Source: Hymenobacter sp. (GTDB lineage Bacteria; Bacteroidota; Bacteroidia; Cytophagales; Hymenobacteraceae). From it: DNA of 64,000 nt. The notes under the pieces were generated by a model. It had not been told where the DNA came from. It did not search any database and was given only the letters and a program-made list of their open reading frames with translations. Position 1 is the first letter of the stretch. Each line of letters begins with the position of its first letter. Of this stretch, positions 17,117-27,359 are shown one piece after another. The position numbers and the translations under genes were made by a program. Where the stretch lies: NCBI RefSeq assembly GCF_035709525.1, contig NZ_DASTEP010000124.1, positions 12,851 through 76,850 of the forward strand, in the 5' to 3' direction.

Positions 17117-17272
17117 TTATTTGCCAGCCAGCGCGTCCTGTACTTTATCTACGGGCACCATTTCCTCACGGAAGGTGTAGGCACCGGTTTTCTCTGATTT
17201 CACGGCGCGAATGACTTTAGCCCAGTCTTTGCCCGTGGCGGTTTTCAGGGTTGCTACTACTTTCTTAGCCAT
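17117..17272 (-). CDS. DUF4295 family small protein
   Basis: Manual translation MAKKVVATLKTATGKDWAKVIRAVKSEKTGAYTFREEMVPVDKVQDALAGK; conserved position between rpmG and ftsY in Bacteroidota. Confidence 0.88.
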   Translation of the reverse strand: MAKKVVATLKTATGKDWAKVIRAVKSEKTGAYTFREEMVPVDKVQDALAGK

Positions 17273-17280
17273 GACTCAGG

Positions 17281-17463
17281 TTATTTAATTTCCTTGTGAA
17301 CAGTCATTTTGCGCAGTACCGGGTTGAATTTCTTCAGCTCGATACGCTCGGGGGTGTTCTTGCGGTTCTTGGTGGTGATGTAGCGCGAGGTGCCCGGCAT
17401 ACCCGAGTTTTTGTGCTCGGTGCACTCCATGATAACCTGCACCCGGTTTCCTTTCTTGGCCAT
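17281..17463 (-). CDS. rpmG: 50S ribosomal protein L33
   Basis: [18 protein letters not shown]...ELKKFNP. Confidence 0.97.
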   Translation of the reverse strand: MAKKGNRVQVIMECTEHKNSGMPGTSRYITTKNRKNTPERIELKKFNPVLRKMTVHKEIK

Positions 17464-17502
17464 CGCGACGGGAGGGGGGAGTTAATTTTTGAATTAGGTT
17501 TG

Positions 17503-17510
17503 CAAAGGTA
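17503..17510 (-). promoter_or_regulatory. -7 element (TACCTTTG) upstream of rpmG
   Basis: TAnnTTTG match 40 nt upstream of the start codon. Confidence 0.65.
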
Positions 17511-17682
17511 CGATTTTTTTAGGGAAACCGCAACCCCTTGGTGGCCTGACTCCTGCGCACCGCCCAGCCGGACGCTGGGCATCCCGCTCGCTACAGCAGC
17601 AGCGCCGCAACCGGGTAGCCGTGGTGGCCCGCCCGGTTTCGGCGCTCATACAGGCCCGAAAAACTAAGTCGCTAACTGCGAA

Positions 17683-17922
17683 CTAGTAGGTGATGAAGCC
17701 TTGCTCCTTGGCCTTCTTCAAGGTGGCCATGATGCCATTCTTGTTGATGGTGCGGATGGTCGAGGCAGCTACGCGCAGCGTTACCCAGGCGTCTTGCTCG
17801 GGGATATAGAAGCGCTTCTTTTGCAGGTTCGGGTAGAACTTGCGCTTGGTCTTGTTGTTGGCGTGCGACACGTTGTTACCTACGCGGGTACGCTTGCCGG
17901 TCAAATCACAAACTCGGGCCAT
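17683..17922 (-). CDS. rpmB: 50S ribosomal protein L28
   Basis: [11 protein letters not shown]...[20 protein letters not shown]. Confidence 0.97.
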   Translation of the reverse strand: MARVCDLTGKRTRVGNNVSHANNKTKRKFYPNLQKKRFYIPEQDAWVTLRVAASTIRTINKNGIMATLKKAKEQGFITY

Positions 17923-17995
17923 GATATAGAAAGGTTACTTGATGCTATTCCGAAACGGGCCGCAAATATCGGCATTTTTTAGCCAACTACCAAAT

Positions 17996-18312
<317 letters not shown>

Positions 18313-18750
18313 TTAGCGCAGCAGGTCGTCGGGCCGAACTTGCCGGGGCACGGGCAACACATTGTCGCGGCCCGTAAACTGCCGATACTGCTGATAAGCC
18401 TGCACGCGCGGGTCGGCCCCCAGCAGCCAGCTTGCCACTGCGCCCGCCAGCGATGCGCCGGTGGCTACCGGCGAGTTCTGGCGGTAGTACACCAGTTGAT
18501 TATCGGGCAGCACGGGCCCACGCTGGCGGGCAACGGGCGCAAGCGGCGCGTAGGCCGCCGCCCGCACCGTAGGAATGGGGGCCGCCGCTGGCGGGGCTAC
18601 TACCGCGCCACCCGGCAGCGGCGGCAGCGCGAGCGATAAAGGCACTGCCCTGTAGCCCGGCAAGGGCGCGGGCAGCAGCAGGCCTTGGGCCTGGGCAGCA
18701 GCCAGCTTAAAGCTCAGAACAGCAACGGGTAACAGCGAGCGGCGTAGCAT
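18313..18750 (-). CDS. Hypothetical secreted Pro/Ala-rich protein
   Basis: Signal-peptide-like N-terminus, co-oriented with DUF5522; no recognised family. Confidence 0.5.
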   Translation of the reverse strand: MLRRSLLPVAVLSFKLAAAQAQGLLLPAPLPGYRAVPLSLALPPLPGGAVVAPPAAAPIPTVRAAAYAPLAPVARQRGPVLPDNQLVYYRQNSPVATGASLAGAVASWLLGADPRVQAYQQYRQFTGRDNVLPVPRQVRPDDLLR

Positions 18751-18838
18751 AGCGAGGCGGGAAACGCGCGGAAAGGCAACGGGCGCTTCCCAACGGCGTA
18801 AATTTACAACAGTAATCGCTGCTTCTTACCCATTTCCT

Positions 18839-20083
18839 ATGTCTGTCCCCACCCACTTCGTTTCGCACGCCGAGCGCCTCATGGCCCTCGAAGACCAGTA
18901 CGGTGCCCACAACTACCACCCGCTGCCCGTGGTGCTTTCGCGCGGCAAAGGCGTGCATCTGTGGGACGTGGAAGGCAAGCGCTACCTGGATTTCTTATCC
19001 GCCTACTCGGCTGTTAACCAAGGGCATTGTCACCCGCGCATTATCGGGGCGCTGACCGAGCAGGCGCAGCAGCTCACGCTCACCAGCCGAGCGTTTTTCA
19101 ACGACCGGCTGGGCGCGGCCGAGCAGCAGCTCTGCGAGCTTTTTGGCTACCAGAAAGCATTGCTGATGAACTCGGGAGCCGAGGCCGTCGAAACCGCCCT
19201 CAAGCTGGCCCGCAAGTGGGGCTACCAGGAAAAAGGCATCGCGCCCAACCAGGCGCGCATCATCGTGGCCGAACACAACTTCCACGGGCGCACCACGGGC
19301 ATCATTTCCTTCAGCACCGACGGCGACAGCACGGGCGGCTTCGGCCCCTTCGTGCCCGGCTACCAGGTAGTGCCGTATGACGATGCAGAGGCGCTGGCCG
19401 AAGCCCTCAAAGACCCGCACGTGTGCGGCTTTCTGGTCGAGCCCATCCAGGGCGAGGCGGGCGTGGTAGTGCCCAGCGAAGGCTATTTGAGCCAGGCCGC
19501 CAAGCTCTGCAAAGCGCACAACGTGCTGCTTATCACCGACGAAATTCAGACCGGGCTGGGCCGCACCGGCAAACTACTGGCCACCGACTACGAAGACGTG
19601 CGCGGCGATATTCTCATCTTGGGCAAGGCCCTGAGTGGCGGCGTACTACCCGTGTCGGCGGTGCTGGCCGACGATGAGATTATGCTCACCATTCAGCCCG
19701 GGCAGCACGGCTCTACGTTCGGCGGCAACCCGCTGGCCTGCGCCGTGATGCAGGCTGCGCTCGATGTCTTAGTAGATGAAAACCTGGCCGATAATGCAAT
19801 GCGCCTGGGCAAGATTTTCCGCGAGGAAATGCGCCTGCTGCAAGCCGAAGTGCCCGAGCTGGTAGAAACCGTGCGCGGCCGGGGCCTGCTCAACGCCGTG
19901 GTTATCAGCCCCACGCCCGATGGCCGCACCGCCTGGGACGTGTGCGTGGCCCTCATGGAGCGCGGCCTGCTGGCCAAGCCCACCCACGGCGACATCATCC
20001 GCTTTGCGCCGCCGCTCGTCATCACGGAAGCCGAATTGCGCGATGCCTGCGCCCTGATTGCCGACGTTATCCGGGCTTTTTGA
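18839..20083 (+). CDS. rocD: Ornithine--oxo-acid aminotransferase
   Basis: [43 protein letters not shown] and HGSTFGGNP. Confidence 0.95.
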   Translation: MSVPTHFVSHAERLMALEDQYGAHNYHPLPVVLSRGKGVHLWDVEGKRYLDFLSAYSAVNQGHCHPRIIGALTEQAQQLTLTSRAFFNDRLGAAEQQLCELFGYQKALLMNSGAEAVETALKLARKWGYQEKGIAPNQARIIVAEHNFHGRTTGIISFSTDGDSTGGFGPFVPGYQVVPYDDAEALAEALKDPHVCGFLVEPIQGEAGVVVPSEGYLSQAAKLCKAHNVLLITDEIQTGLGRTGKLLATDYEDVRGDILILGKALSGGVLPVSAVLADDEIMLTIQPGQHGSTFGGNPLACAVMQAALDVLVDENLADNAMRLGKIFREEMRLLQAEVPELVETVRGRGLLNAVVISPTPDGRTAWDVCVALMERGLLAKPTHGDIIRFAPPLVITEAELRDACALIADVIRAF

Positions 20084-20095
20084 GTATAAGGCTGC

Positions 20096-20635
20096 ATGAG
20101 AAAAATTTTAGTTCTGGCCCCGGCGCTGCTGCTGGCGGGCTGCCATAGCGCCCAGGTAGTTACGCAGCCCGCCACGCCAGTTGCCGAGCCGTTGGCTATT
20201 GCCGCGCCGACCGTGCCCTTCGATTCGGCGTTGGCTGCTACCGTTACTACTACCCTACCCGCCCCTGCTGGGCCAGCAGCCGCTGCTGCTACGCCGGCCG
20301 CAACCCGGCCGCAGGTTCAGAAAGCCCCGCGCCCGGCCCAAAAAGCGCCCACGCTCGCGCCGCTGGCTACGGTCAGGCTTGCCGCACCGATAGCCAAGCA
20401 GCTGGCTCACAAGCTTCAGCGGCAGCGGCCTACCGAGGGCGCGGCCGAAAACGGCCTGGGCCGGGTGGCGCTGTTTTTTATTGGCGTGGTGCTGGCCGTG
20501 CTGGCGGGCCTGGCGGCGCTGGTGAGTTTGATTCCGGGCGTCAGCTTTTGGGGCGGGCTCGGGCTGGTGGCGGCCGGGCTGGTAGTGCTGTTTCTACTGT
20601 ACTCGCTTTTTAGCGGGGGTAAGAAGAAAAAATAG
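20096..20635 (+). CDS. Putative lipoprotein with C-terminal transmembrane hairpin
   Basis: Lipobox LLLAGC, low-complexity Pro/Ala linker, two C-terminal hydrophobic helices and a KKKK tail. Confidence 0.65.
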   Translation: MRKILVLAPALLLAGCHSAQVVTQPATPVAEPLAIAAPTVPFDSALAATVTTTLPAPAGPAAAAATPAATRPQVQKAPRPAQKAPTLAPLATVRLAAPIAKQLAHKLQRQRPTEGAAENGLGRVALFFIGVVLAVLAGLAALVSLIPGVSFWGGLGLVAAGLVVLFLLYSLFSGGKKKK

Positions 20636-20723
20636 CGGCTTACAACGCTAAGAGCAAGCCACGCATCTTCTTGTTATATATAGCTTTCTAAAACGTACAG
20701 TCTGGCTTTCCCGCTAGGCAGCC

Positions 20724-21308
20724 ATGTCACGTACCATCCATTGCGTAGCTATGAAAGCGGCTGTTTGCGCCCTCCTGATTATCTGCCTGTCAGCGTGTCG
20801 ACTCAGCCAGCCCTTGCCTTTTGTAGATGCTGGTTCAGCAGCAGCAGCTGCGGCTGGCGTTGCTACGGTTACTCCGCCAACAGCTGGCGCGGCAGCCGTT
20901 ACCATCACTGACACCTCACCTGGCATATCGGCCAAACAAGCACCAGGCTTTCCGCGTCGAATAGCAACCCGGCAGCCGAAGCAGGCTAAAGCTTTGCCTT
21001 TGGTTCGCTATGCTTACCTATCCAAGCCAGCAAAAAACAGGCAACCTATTGCTACCAGTCTTTCTGGCGTTGCAGCCAGCGAACCTGCTATTAGCCCTGG
21101 CAAAAGCCTTCTCCTGGCCGGAATAGGAGGGATTATAGTACTAACCGCTATTCTTATCATTCCTTCGATTACGACTTTCGGCGGTGCTATTGTGATTGGC
21201 TTTGCATTAGCGCTAGGCGTAACGTTTTTGTTACTAGGTTTCTTTTCCTACTTGCTAGGGCTGTACGAAAAAGGGCGCGTAGCTCGGGCTGACAGGCCCA
21301 AAAAATAA
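20724..21308 (+). CDS. Putative lipoprotein with C-terminal transmembrane hairpin (more AT-rich)
   Basis: Lipobox CLSAC; same architecture as the upstream gene; visibly more A/T-ending codons. Confidence 0.55.
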   Translation: MSRTIHCVAMKAAVCALLIICLSACRLSQPLPFVDAGSAAAAAAGVATVTPPTAGAAAVTITDTSPGISAKQAPGFPRRIATRQPKQAKALPLVRYAYLSKPAKNRQPIATSLSGVAASEPAISPGKSLLLAGIGGIIVLTAILIIPSITTFGGAIVIGFALALGVTFLLLGFFSYLLGLYEKGRVARADRPKK

Positions 21309-21408
21309 CTTGCCGCTGTAGTTGGTGGTTAATAAGGATTCCAAGTTTTTAAATGCAAAAGGTCATCTGGTAGTTATCCAGCGGCTTACGCTACCCTACT
21401 TACGCCCT

Positions 21409-22401
21409 ATGTCCCTCATCCCCACGCACCGCCCCCGCCGCAATCGCAAGTCGCAGGTTATCCGCGACATGGTGCAGGAAACGCGCCTCACGACCCACGA
21501 TTTCATTTACCCACTCTTCATCATCGAAGGCCAGAACCAGCAGCTGGAAGTGAAGTCGATGCCCGGCATCTACCGCTACTCGGCCGACCGCGTTATCGAC
21601 GAAGTAGGCGCGGCCGTGGAGCTTGGCATCAACGCCTTCGCGCCCTTCCCCAGCATCAACGACGGCCTGAAAGACCGGCTGGCCCGCGAGTCAACTAACC
21701 TCAACGGCTTGTACCTGAAGGCCGTGGCCGACATCAAGCGGCAGTTCCCGGAGGTGGCCATCATGACCGATGTGGCGATGGACCCTTACAGCAGCGACGG
21801 CCACGACGGCGTGGTAGACGTGGATTCGGGCGAAATTCTCAACGATGCCTCGCTCGAAGTGCTCGGCCAGATGGCCCTGGCCCAGGCCCGCGCCGGGGCC
21901 GACATCATCGGCCCCAGCGACATGATGGACGGCCGCGTGGCCTGGATACGCGACGTGCTGGATAGCAACGGCTTCAGCCACGTCAGCATCATGAGCTACA
22001 CTGCCAAGTACGCTTCGGCGTTCTACGGCCCCTTCCGCGACGCGCTCGACTCGGCCCCCAAAAAGGGCGACAAAAAGAGCTACCAGATGAACCCCGCCAA
22101 CCGCCTCGAAGCCCTGCGCGAGTTGGCCCTCGACGAAACCGAAGGCGCGGATATGGTGATGATTAAGCCCGCCCTGAGCTACCTCGACATCATCCGGGAA
22201 GTGAAAAACCACACCCACCTACCCGTTACTGCCTACAACGTATCGGGCGAGTACGCCATGGTGCGCGCCGCCGCCCTCAACGGCTGGGTCGATGGCGAAA
22301 AAACCATGATGGAAGTGCTTATGAGCATCAAGCGCGCCGGGGCCGATGCCATTTTGACCTACTTCGCTAAGGACGCGGCCGAGGTGCTGCGGCGTGGATA
22401 A
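21409..22401 (+). CDS. hemB: Porphobilinogen synthase (ALA dehydratase)
   Basis: RPRRNR, DVAMDPYSSDGHDG, PSDMMDGR, SAFYGPFRDAL and MIKPAL. Start ATG 21409. Confidence 0.96.
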   Translation: MSLIPTHRPRRNRKSQVIRDMVQETRLTTHDFIYPLFIIEGQNQQLEVKSMPGIYRYSADRVIDEVGAAVELGINAFAPFPSINDGLKDRLARESTNLNGLYLKAVADIKRQFPEVAIMTDVAMDPYSSDGHDGVVDVDSGEILNDASLEVLGQMALAQARAGADIIGPSDMMDGRVAWIRDVLDSNGFSHVSIMSYTAKYASAFYGPFRDALDSAPKKGDKKSYQMNPANRLEALRELALDETEGADMVMIKPALSYLDIIREVKNHTHLPVTAYNVSGEYAMVRAAALNGWVDGEKTMMEVLMSIKRAGADAILTYFAKDAAEVLRRG

Positions 22402-22916
22402 TGGCTGCTGAACTTACCATCTACCGCGCCACGGTGGCCGACTTACCGGCCATCGTGGCGCTGGTGCAAGCGGTAGTGCCGCTGATGAACGCCGCCGGCA
22501 ACTACCAGTGGACCAGCGAGTACCCTAACCAGTCGGTTTTTGAAAAGGACATCGCCCAAAACCACCTCTGGGTAGCCGAATTAGGCGGCGAGCTAGCCGG
22601 CATCGCCGCCCTCACCCAGGACCAGGATGCCGAATATGCCGACGCCGACTGGGACGCCGCCGAGCCCGCCCTCGTGACGCACCGGCTGGCCGTGGCCCCC
22701 AGCGCCCAGGGCCGCGGCGTCGCGCAAGCCCTGCTGGCGCAGGCCGAGCACGAGGCGCGGGCGCTGGGCCTGCGCACCCTGCGCGTGGATACCAACTCAG
22801 AAAACGCGGCTACCCAGCGGCTTTTCCCGAAGCTCGGCTACCGCTTTGCGGGCGAGATAACGCTGGCCTTCCGGCCGGGGCTGCGGTTCTTTTGCTACGA
22901 AAAGCGGCTGGGATAG
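22401..22916 (+). CDS. GNAT family N-acetyltransferase
   Basis: HRLAVAPSAQGRGVA acetyl-CoA motif and LRVDTNSEN; start overlaps the hemB stop (TAATG). Confidence 0.88.
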   Translation: MAAELTIYRATVADLPAIVALVQAVVPLMNAAGNYQWTSEYPNQSVFEKDIAQNHLWVAELGGELAGIAALTQDQDAEYADADWDAAEPALVTHRLAVAPSAQGRGVAQALLAQAEHEARALGLRTLRVDTNSENAATQRLFPKLGYRFAGEITLAFRPGLRFFCYEKRLG

Positions 22917-22945
22917 CCGCGCTGCTTGAGTCGTATATTAGACCT

Positions 22946-23170
22946 ATGAAAACGATAGTCTTACACGTGCCCGACGAGGCCGACGAGGCCACGGTCATGG
23001 CGACCTTGGCAGAGCTACTCGATAAAAAACTGATTAAGATGGATACCGAACTACCGATGAGCTGGCCGGGGCCACCACTCACGGCAGAAGCTTTTGCCGA
23101 CAAGCTGGGCCAGGCACTAGCGGCCCCTCGCCTATCCGTTGAAGACGCTAGGAAGCGGCTGGGATTATGA
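22946..23170 (+). CDS. Putative type II antitoxin
   Basis: Small (74 aa) protein directly upstream of, and overlapping (ATGA), a ParE/RelE-like gene; C-terminal SVEDARKRLG helix. Confidence 0.6.
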   Translation: MKTIVLHVPDEADEATVMATLAELLDKKLIKMDTELPMSWPGPPLTAEAFADKLGQALAAPRLSVEDARKRLGL

Positions 23171-23493
23171 TTCGCAACGGGCGCACGGTGACGCTGGGCG
23201 AGGAGTTTGTGCGGGAATTAGAAGCTGCGGAGAAATACGTTGGCCGTGATACGCCCCGTCGGGGCCGCCAGTTTGTGAGCGAGGTCATGGACTTTACGCT
23301 CGAAATTCTAGCGCCCCTGCCGTTTGCTTATCCGGCCTATCCTTACCCTGCCGCACCCGGCCGTCAGCTGCGGCGGGCCGTCTTTCGCAAGCACTACATC
23401 ATTATTTACGAAGTGAGTGAGGCCGAAGTGAGCTTTGTCTTCTTCCATCACAGTAGCCGCAACAGCCCCGATTTAAGCTTTTTAGAAAGCTAA
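23167..23493 (+). CDS. ParE/RelE family toxin
   Basis: Pattern P.AYP...LRRAVF..HYIIIYEV....V......H..R typical of the RelE/ParE fold. Confidence 0.75.
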   Translation: MIRNGRTVTLGEEFVRELEAAEKYVGRDTPRRGRQFVSEVMDFTLEILAPLPFAYPAYPYPAAPGRQLRRAVFRKHYIIIYEVSEAEVSFVFFHHSSRNSPDLSFLES

Positions 23494-24896
23494 TTGCGCC
23501 CCGCAAATGGCCAGCGGCCCAGCCGCCGGCTCCAGAGCAGAAACGCGCCCGTGCCCAGCGCCATCATGCCCAGGGCGGCCAGCTGAAAATACAGCTTGAA
23601 GTGCCACCCGCCCCAGCTGACCTCGGCCGGGGCGATGCCCCAGAACACGGCCAGCCACACGGCCACCGCCAGCACCACGGGCAGCGGGTAGAGCGGCATT
23701 TTGAAGGGCAAACTCGCCGTGCCGCGCCGGCGGCGCAGCAGCACCAGCCCCACCGCCTGGCCCACAAACTGCACCAGTATCCGCATGGCCAGGATGGCCG
23801 AAATAACCTCGCCCAGCCGGAAAAGTAGGCTGAACACGAAGCCCACGCCGCCCAGCAGCAGCAACGACACGTAAGGGAACTGCTTGGTAGGGTGCAGCTT
23901 ACCGAACACGGACAAAAACTCGCCGTCGGCCGCCGCCGCGTAGGGAATGCGCGAGTAGCCCAGCAGCACCGCAAACAGCGACGCGAACGCCACCAGCAGC
24001 ACCAGCCCCGTGGCCGCCTGCGCCGCCGCCGGCCCGTAGAGCCGCTCCATAAACACGCTCACGATAAATTGCGACTTGTCGCCCGCGCCGGCCTGCCAGG
24101 CCTGCACCTCCTGCCACGGAATGACAGTGCCCACGCTCCAATTGAGCAGCAAATACAGCGCCGCGATGCCCAGAATGCTCAGGAAAATGCTGCGCGGAAT
24201 GACGCGCTCAGGCTTCACGATTTCGGCGCCCAGGTGGCACACGTTGTAGTAGCCAAGGTAGGAGTAGATGGTTTTGACGGCCGCCTGCCCCATCGCGGCC
24301 GAAAGGAGCAGGCCCGGCAGCGCACCCACGCCGCCCACCGGCAACACGGCTACCGGGTGGTTGGCGTGGGTGAGGCCGCCGAAAATCAGCCAGGCCATGA
24401 GGCCCAGCACACCTACCCACAGCGCCACGCCGAGCTTGCCAATGTCCTCGATGCGGCGGTAGAGTAGCACGATAAGCAATAAAACTACCGAGCCGGCCAC
24501 TATTTTGGGCTGCCACCATTCAGTCATCGGCACGAGGTAGCCAAAGTATTGGGCAAAGCCAATGGCCCCGGAAGCCAGCACCAGCGGCGACTGAATGAGC
24601 GTTTGCCAGACGTAGAGAAACGACATGAAGCGCCCCCAGGTCTGCTCGCCGTAGGCCAGCTTGAGGAAGCGGTACGAGCCGCCCGCCTCGGGGTAGGCCG
24701 CGCCCAGCTCGCTCCAGATGAGGCCATCGACCAGGGCCAGGCCAGCACCCACCAGCCAGGCCAGCAGAAAGTTAGGCCCCATAAAGCCCATGACGAGCGG
24801 CAGGGTCACGAAGGGCCCGATGCCCACCATGTCAATCATGTTGAGGGCGGTGGCTTGCACCAGGCCCAGGCGGCGCTGTAGAGAAGGTTGGGACAT
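23490..24896 (-). CDS. APC family amino acid permease
   Basis: LQRRLGLVQATALNMIDMVGIGPF, SELGAAYPEAGGSY and about 12 hydrophobic segments. Confidence 0.92.
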   Translation of the reverse strand: MSQPSLQRRLGLVQATALNMIDMVGIGPFVTLPLVMGFMGPNFLLAWLVGAGLALVDGLIWSELGAAYPEAGGSYRFLKLAYGEQTWGRFMSFLYVWQTLIQSPLVLASGAIGFAQYFGYLVPMTEWWQPKIVAGSVVLLLIVLLYRRIEDIGKLGVALWVGVLGLMAWLIFGGLTHANHPVAVLPVGGVGALPGLLLSAAMGQAAVKTIYSYLGYYNVCHLGAEIVKPERVIPRSIFLSILGIAALYLLLNWSVGTVIPWQEVQAWQAGAGDKSQFIVSVFMERLYGPAAAQAATGLVLLVAFASLFAVLLGYSRIPYAAAADGEFLSVFGKLHPTKQFPYVSLLLLGGVGFVFSLLFRLGEVISAILAMRILVQFVGQAVGLVLLRRRRGTASLPFKMPLYPLPVVLAVAVWLAVFWGIAPAEVSWGGWHFKLYFQLAALGMMALGTGAFLLWSRRLGRWPFAGRN

Positions 24897-24905
24897 AGGG
24901 TTGGA

Positions 24906-25020
24906 TTAGCAGGATGTTAGACATCAGACGTTAGACATGAGACATGAGACATGAGAACTCAGCGAAGTAGAGCAGTTCTCATGTCTCATGTCTAACGTCT
25001 CATGTCTAACATCCTGCTAA
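24906..25020. repeat. Palindrome with tandem heptamer arms (GACATGA)n / (TCATGTC)n
   Basis: TTAGCAGGATGTTAGACAT ... ATGTCTAACATCCTGCTAA read directly. Confidence 0.85.
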
Positions 25021-25023
25021 CCC

Positions 25024-27078
25024 CTAGCGCACGCCCACGGTTTTGGCGGCTGGCGTCAGGCCTTCGGCCAGCTGCACCAGGCGCACCAGCTCGGCGCGGT
25101 AGCCATCGGCATCGGGGCCGCGGCCGGCCTGGGCGAGCTGGGCGGCGGTGGCGTAGGTGGCGGTGCCGCGCTGCTCACTCTGGCGCAGCAGCAGGCCAAA
25201 CTCGGCCACGGCGGCGGCAAACTGCTGGTCGGCCGACGTCTGAGTTATAGCTACGGCCGCGCCGGCCAGCGGCTGCGCCAGCAGCTTGCTGGTGCTGCCC
25301 TGCGGCTCTTTGTAGCGCAGCTTCACGGTGAGCACTTCGGCGGCGGGGCTGCCGGCTTTAGCCTTCGGCAATTGGTATTTGAGCGGGTCGATGAGCGGCT
25401 TGTCGGCCCCGGCGGGCACCAGCTCGTAGAGGGCCATCACGGTGTGGCCCGCGCCGAGTTCGCCGGCGTCTTTGCGGTCGTTGTTGAAGTCTTCATTGGC
25501 GAGCAGGCGGTTTTCGTAGCCAATGAGGCGGTAGTCGGCCACGCGGGCGGGGTTGAACTCGATTTGCAATTTCACATCCTTGGCCACCGTGAAGAGCGTG
25601 CCGCCAAACTGCGCCACCAGCGTGCGGCGGGCCTCGTCGAGGTTGTCGAGGTAGGCGTAGTTGCCGTTGCCTTTGTCGGCCAGTAGTTCCATGCGGCTGT
25701 CGCGCAGGTTGCCCCGGCCGCAGCCCAGCACGGTGAGGAACACGCCCGTTTCGCGCTGCTGCACAATGAGCTGCTCCATGGCCGCGTCCGAGCTTTCGCC
25801 CACGTTAAAATCGCCGTCGGTGGCCAGAATCACGCGGTTATTGCCTTCTTTCTGGAAAAACTGCCCCGCCACCGCGTAGGCCAGCCGCAGGCCCGCACCG
25901 CCCGCCGTGGAGCCGCCCGCCGTGAGCCGGTCGATGGCATCGAGGATGGTTTGCGGCTGCGAGCCGGGCGTGGGCGGCAGCACCAGGCCGGCCGCGCCGG
26001 CGTAGGCCACCAGCGCCACGTGGTCTTGGGGGCGCAGCTGCTTCACGAGCAGCCGCAGGCCGGCCTGCACCAGCGGCAGGCGGTCCTCCCCCATCATCGA
26101 GCCGGAGACATCGACCAAGAAAACGAGGTTGGCGGGCGGCAGCTTGGCGGTTTCAATTTTCTTGGCCTGAATGCCGATGCGGGCCAGCTGGTGGCCGGGC
26201 GCCCAGGGGCACTCGCTGAGCTCGGCGCTGATGCGCACCGGGTCGGGGCTGGCGGCGGGCGGCGCGGGTAGCTGGTAGTGGAAGTAGTTTAGCATTTCCT
26301 CCACGCGCACGGCATCGCGCGGGGGCAGCTGGCCTTCGTTGAGAAAGCGCCGCACGTTGCTGTAGCTGGCGTTATCGACATCGAGTGAGAAGGTACTGAG
26401 CGGCTCCTTGGCCACGGCCCGGAAGGCGTTTTCCTGGATAGCGGCGTAGGTATCGCCCGCGCCGGCCTCGGGCCGGGCGGGGTACGGCAGCAGGCCGGGG
26501 GCCACGGGCGGAGCCATTTGCACCTGCGTGTCGTACGCGCCATCGGGGCTGGTCCTATCATCCAGCTGGCCGCTGGCGCGGCGCGCTTTGCGCCCGGCCC
26601 GGCTCACCTGCACGCCGGCTACCCGGCCTTGCAGCGTTTGCTTGGCGGCGGGGGCGGCGCTGGTTGCTACCGAGCCAGTTACGCTTTGGCGTTTTTGGAT
26701 GCCGTAGCCGGTTATCACCACCTCATTCAGCGACTTCTGGTCGGCTTGCAGCACCACATCCAGGGCCGCGCCGGGGGCCGGGGCGGGCAGCTCACGCCCC
26801 ACGTAGCCGATGAAGCTGAACACCAGCGTAGCATGTTGGGCGGGCACGCCCGCCAGGGCGTAGCGGCCGGCCGCGTCGGTACTGACGCCCAGAGCGGTGC
26901 CCTTGAGTAGCACCGTGACGCCGGGCAGCGGCTGGCCCCCGGCGTCGGTGACGCGCCCGCGCACGGTGCGGGTGGCGGCGGTGGGGCGGCTGGCGGGCGG
27001 GGCCTGTTGGGCCAGGGCGGCCGGGGCATCGGCCAGCAGCGCCAGCGGCAGGAGCAGCGCGGGAAGCAGGTTTCTCAT
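25024..27078 (-). CDS. vWA domain protein (YfbK-like) with N-terminal carboxypeptidase-regulatory-like domain
   Basis: Signal peptide; VRGRVTDAGGQPLPGVTV; STFSLDVDNASY; MIDAS DVSGSM; ILATDGDFNVG; GYENRLLANEDFNNDRKDAGE. Confidence 0.88.
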   Translation of the reverse strand: MRNLLPALLLPLALLADAPAALAQQAPPASRPTAATRTVRGRVTDAGGQPLPGVTVLLKGTALGVSTDAAGRYALAGVPAQHATLVFSFIGYVGRELPAPAPGAALDVVLQADQKSLNEVVITGYGIQKRQSVTGSVATSAAPAAKQTLQGRVAGVQVSRAGRKARRASGQLDDRTSPDGAYDTQVQMAPPVAPGLLPYPARPEAGAGDTYAAIQENAFRAVAKEPLSTFSLDVDNASYSNVRRFLNEGQLPPRDAVRVEEMLNYFHYQLPAPPAASPDPVRISAELSECPWAPGHQLARIGIQAKKIETAKLPPANLVFLVDVSGSMMGEDRLPLVQAGLRLLVKQLRPQDHVALVAYAGAAGLVLPPTPGSQPQTILDAIDRLTAGGSTAGGAGLRLAYAVAGQFFQKEGNNRVILATDGDFNVGESSDAAMEQLIVQQRETGVFLTVLGCGRGNLRDSRMELLADKGNGNYAYLDNLDEARRTLVAQFGGTLFTVAKDVKLQIEFNPARVADYRLIGYENRLLANEDFNNDRKDAGELGAGHTVMALYELVPAGADKPLIDPLKYQLPKAKAGSPAAEVLTVKLRYKEPQGSTSKLLAQPLAGAAVAITQTSADQQFAAAVAEFGLLLRQSEQRGTATYATAAQLAQAGRGPDADGYRAELVRLVQLAEGLTPAAKTVGVR

Positions 27079-27237
27079 GGGGCAGCGGGGTTAGGTGAAA
27101 GACGTATCCTGCCGATGCCGAACGCCCTCCGATTGCACACGGCGGCCGGCCCAGTGCCAGCAGCGCCGTTAAGTTTCCCCGTGCTTGGTGTTGGGTACTC
27201 AATTAGGACTTACGCAAACCTCTTGGCTGATTTATCG

Positions 27238-27308
27238 CGCAGTGTTTCGCAGTGTCAAAACGCAGTGTTTCGCATGGATTTTTCCAAATGACACTGCGAA
27301 ACACTGCG
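27238..27308. repeat. Inverted repeat CGCAGTGTTTCGCAGTGTCA / TGACACTGCGAAACACTGCG with a third direct copy in the loop
   Basis: Read directly; the third copy CGCAGTGTTTCGCA is at 27261-27274. Confidence 0.75.
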
Positions 27309-27359
27309 TGAAATAAAGAATCACAAGAAATGCGCAAGTCCTAGCATAGTACCTAACGC

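Noticed and set aside
17520-17680. Structured RNA between rpmB and rpmG
   Set aside because: No recognisable leader motif; the region contains an ordinary -7 promoter for rpmG.
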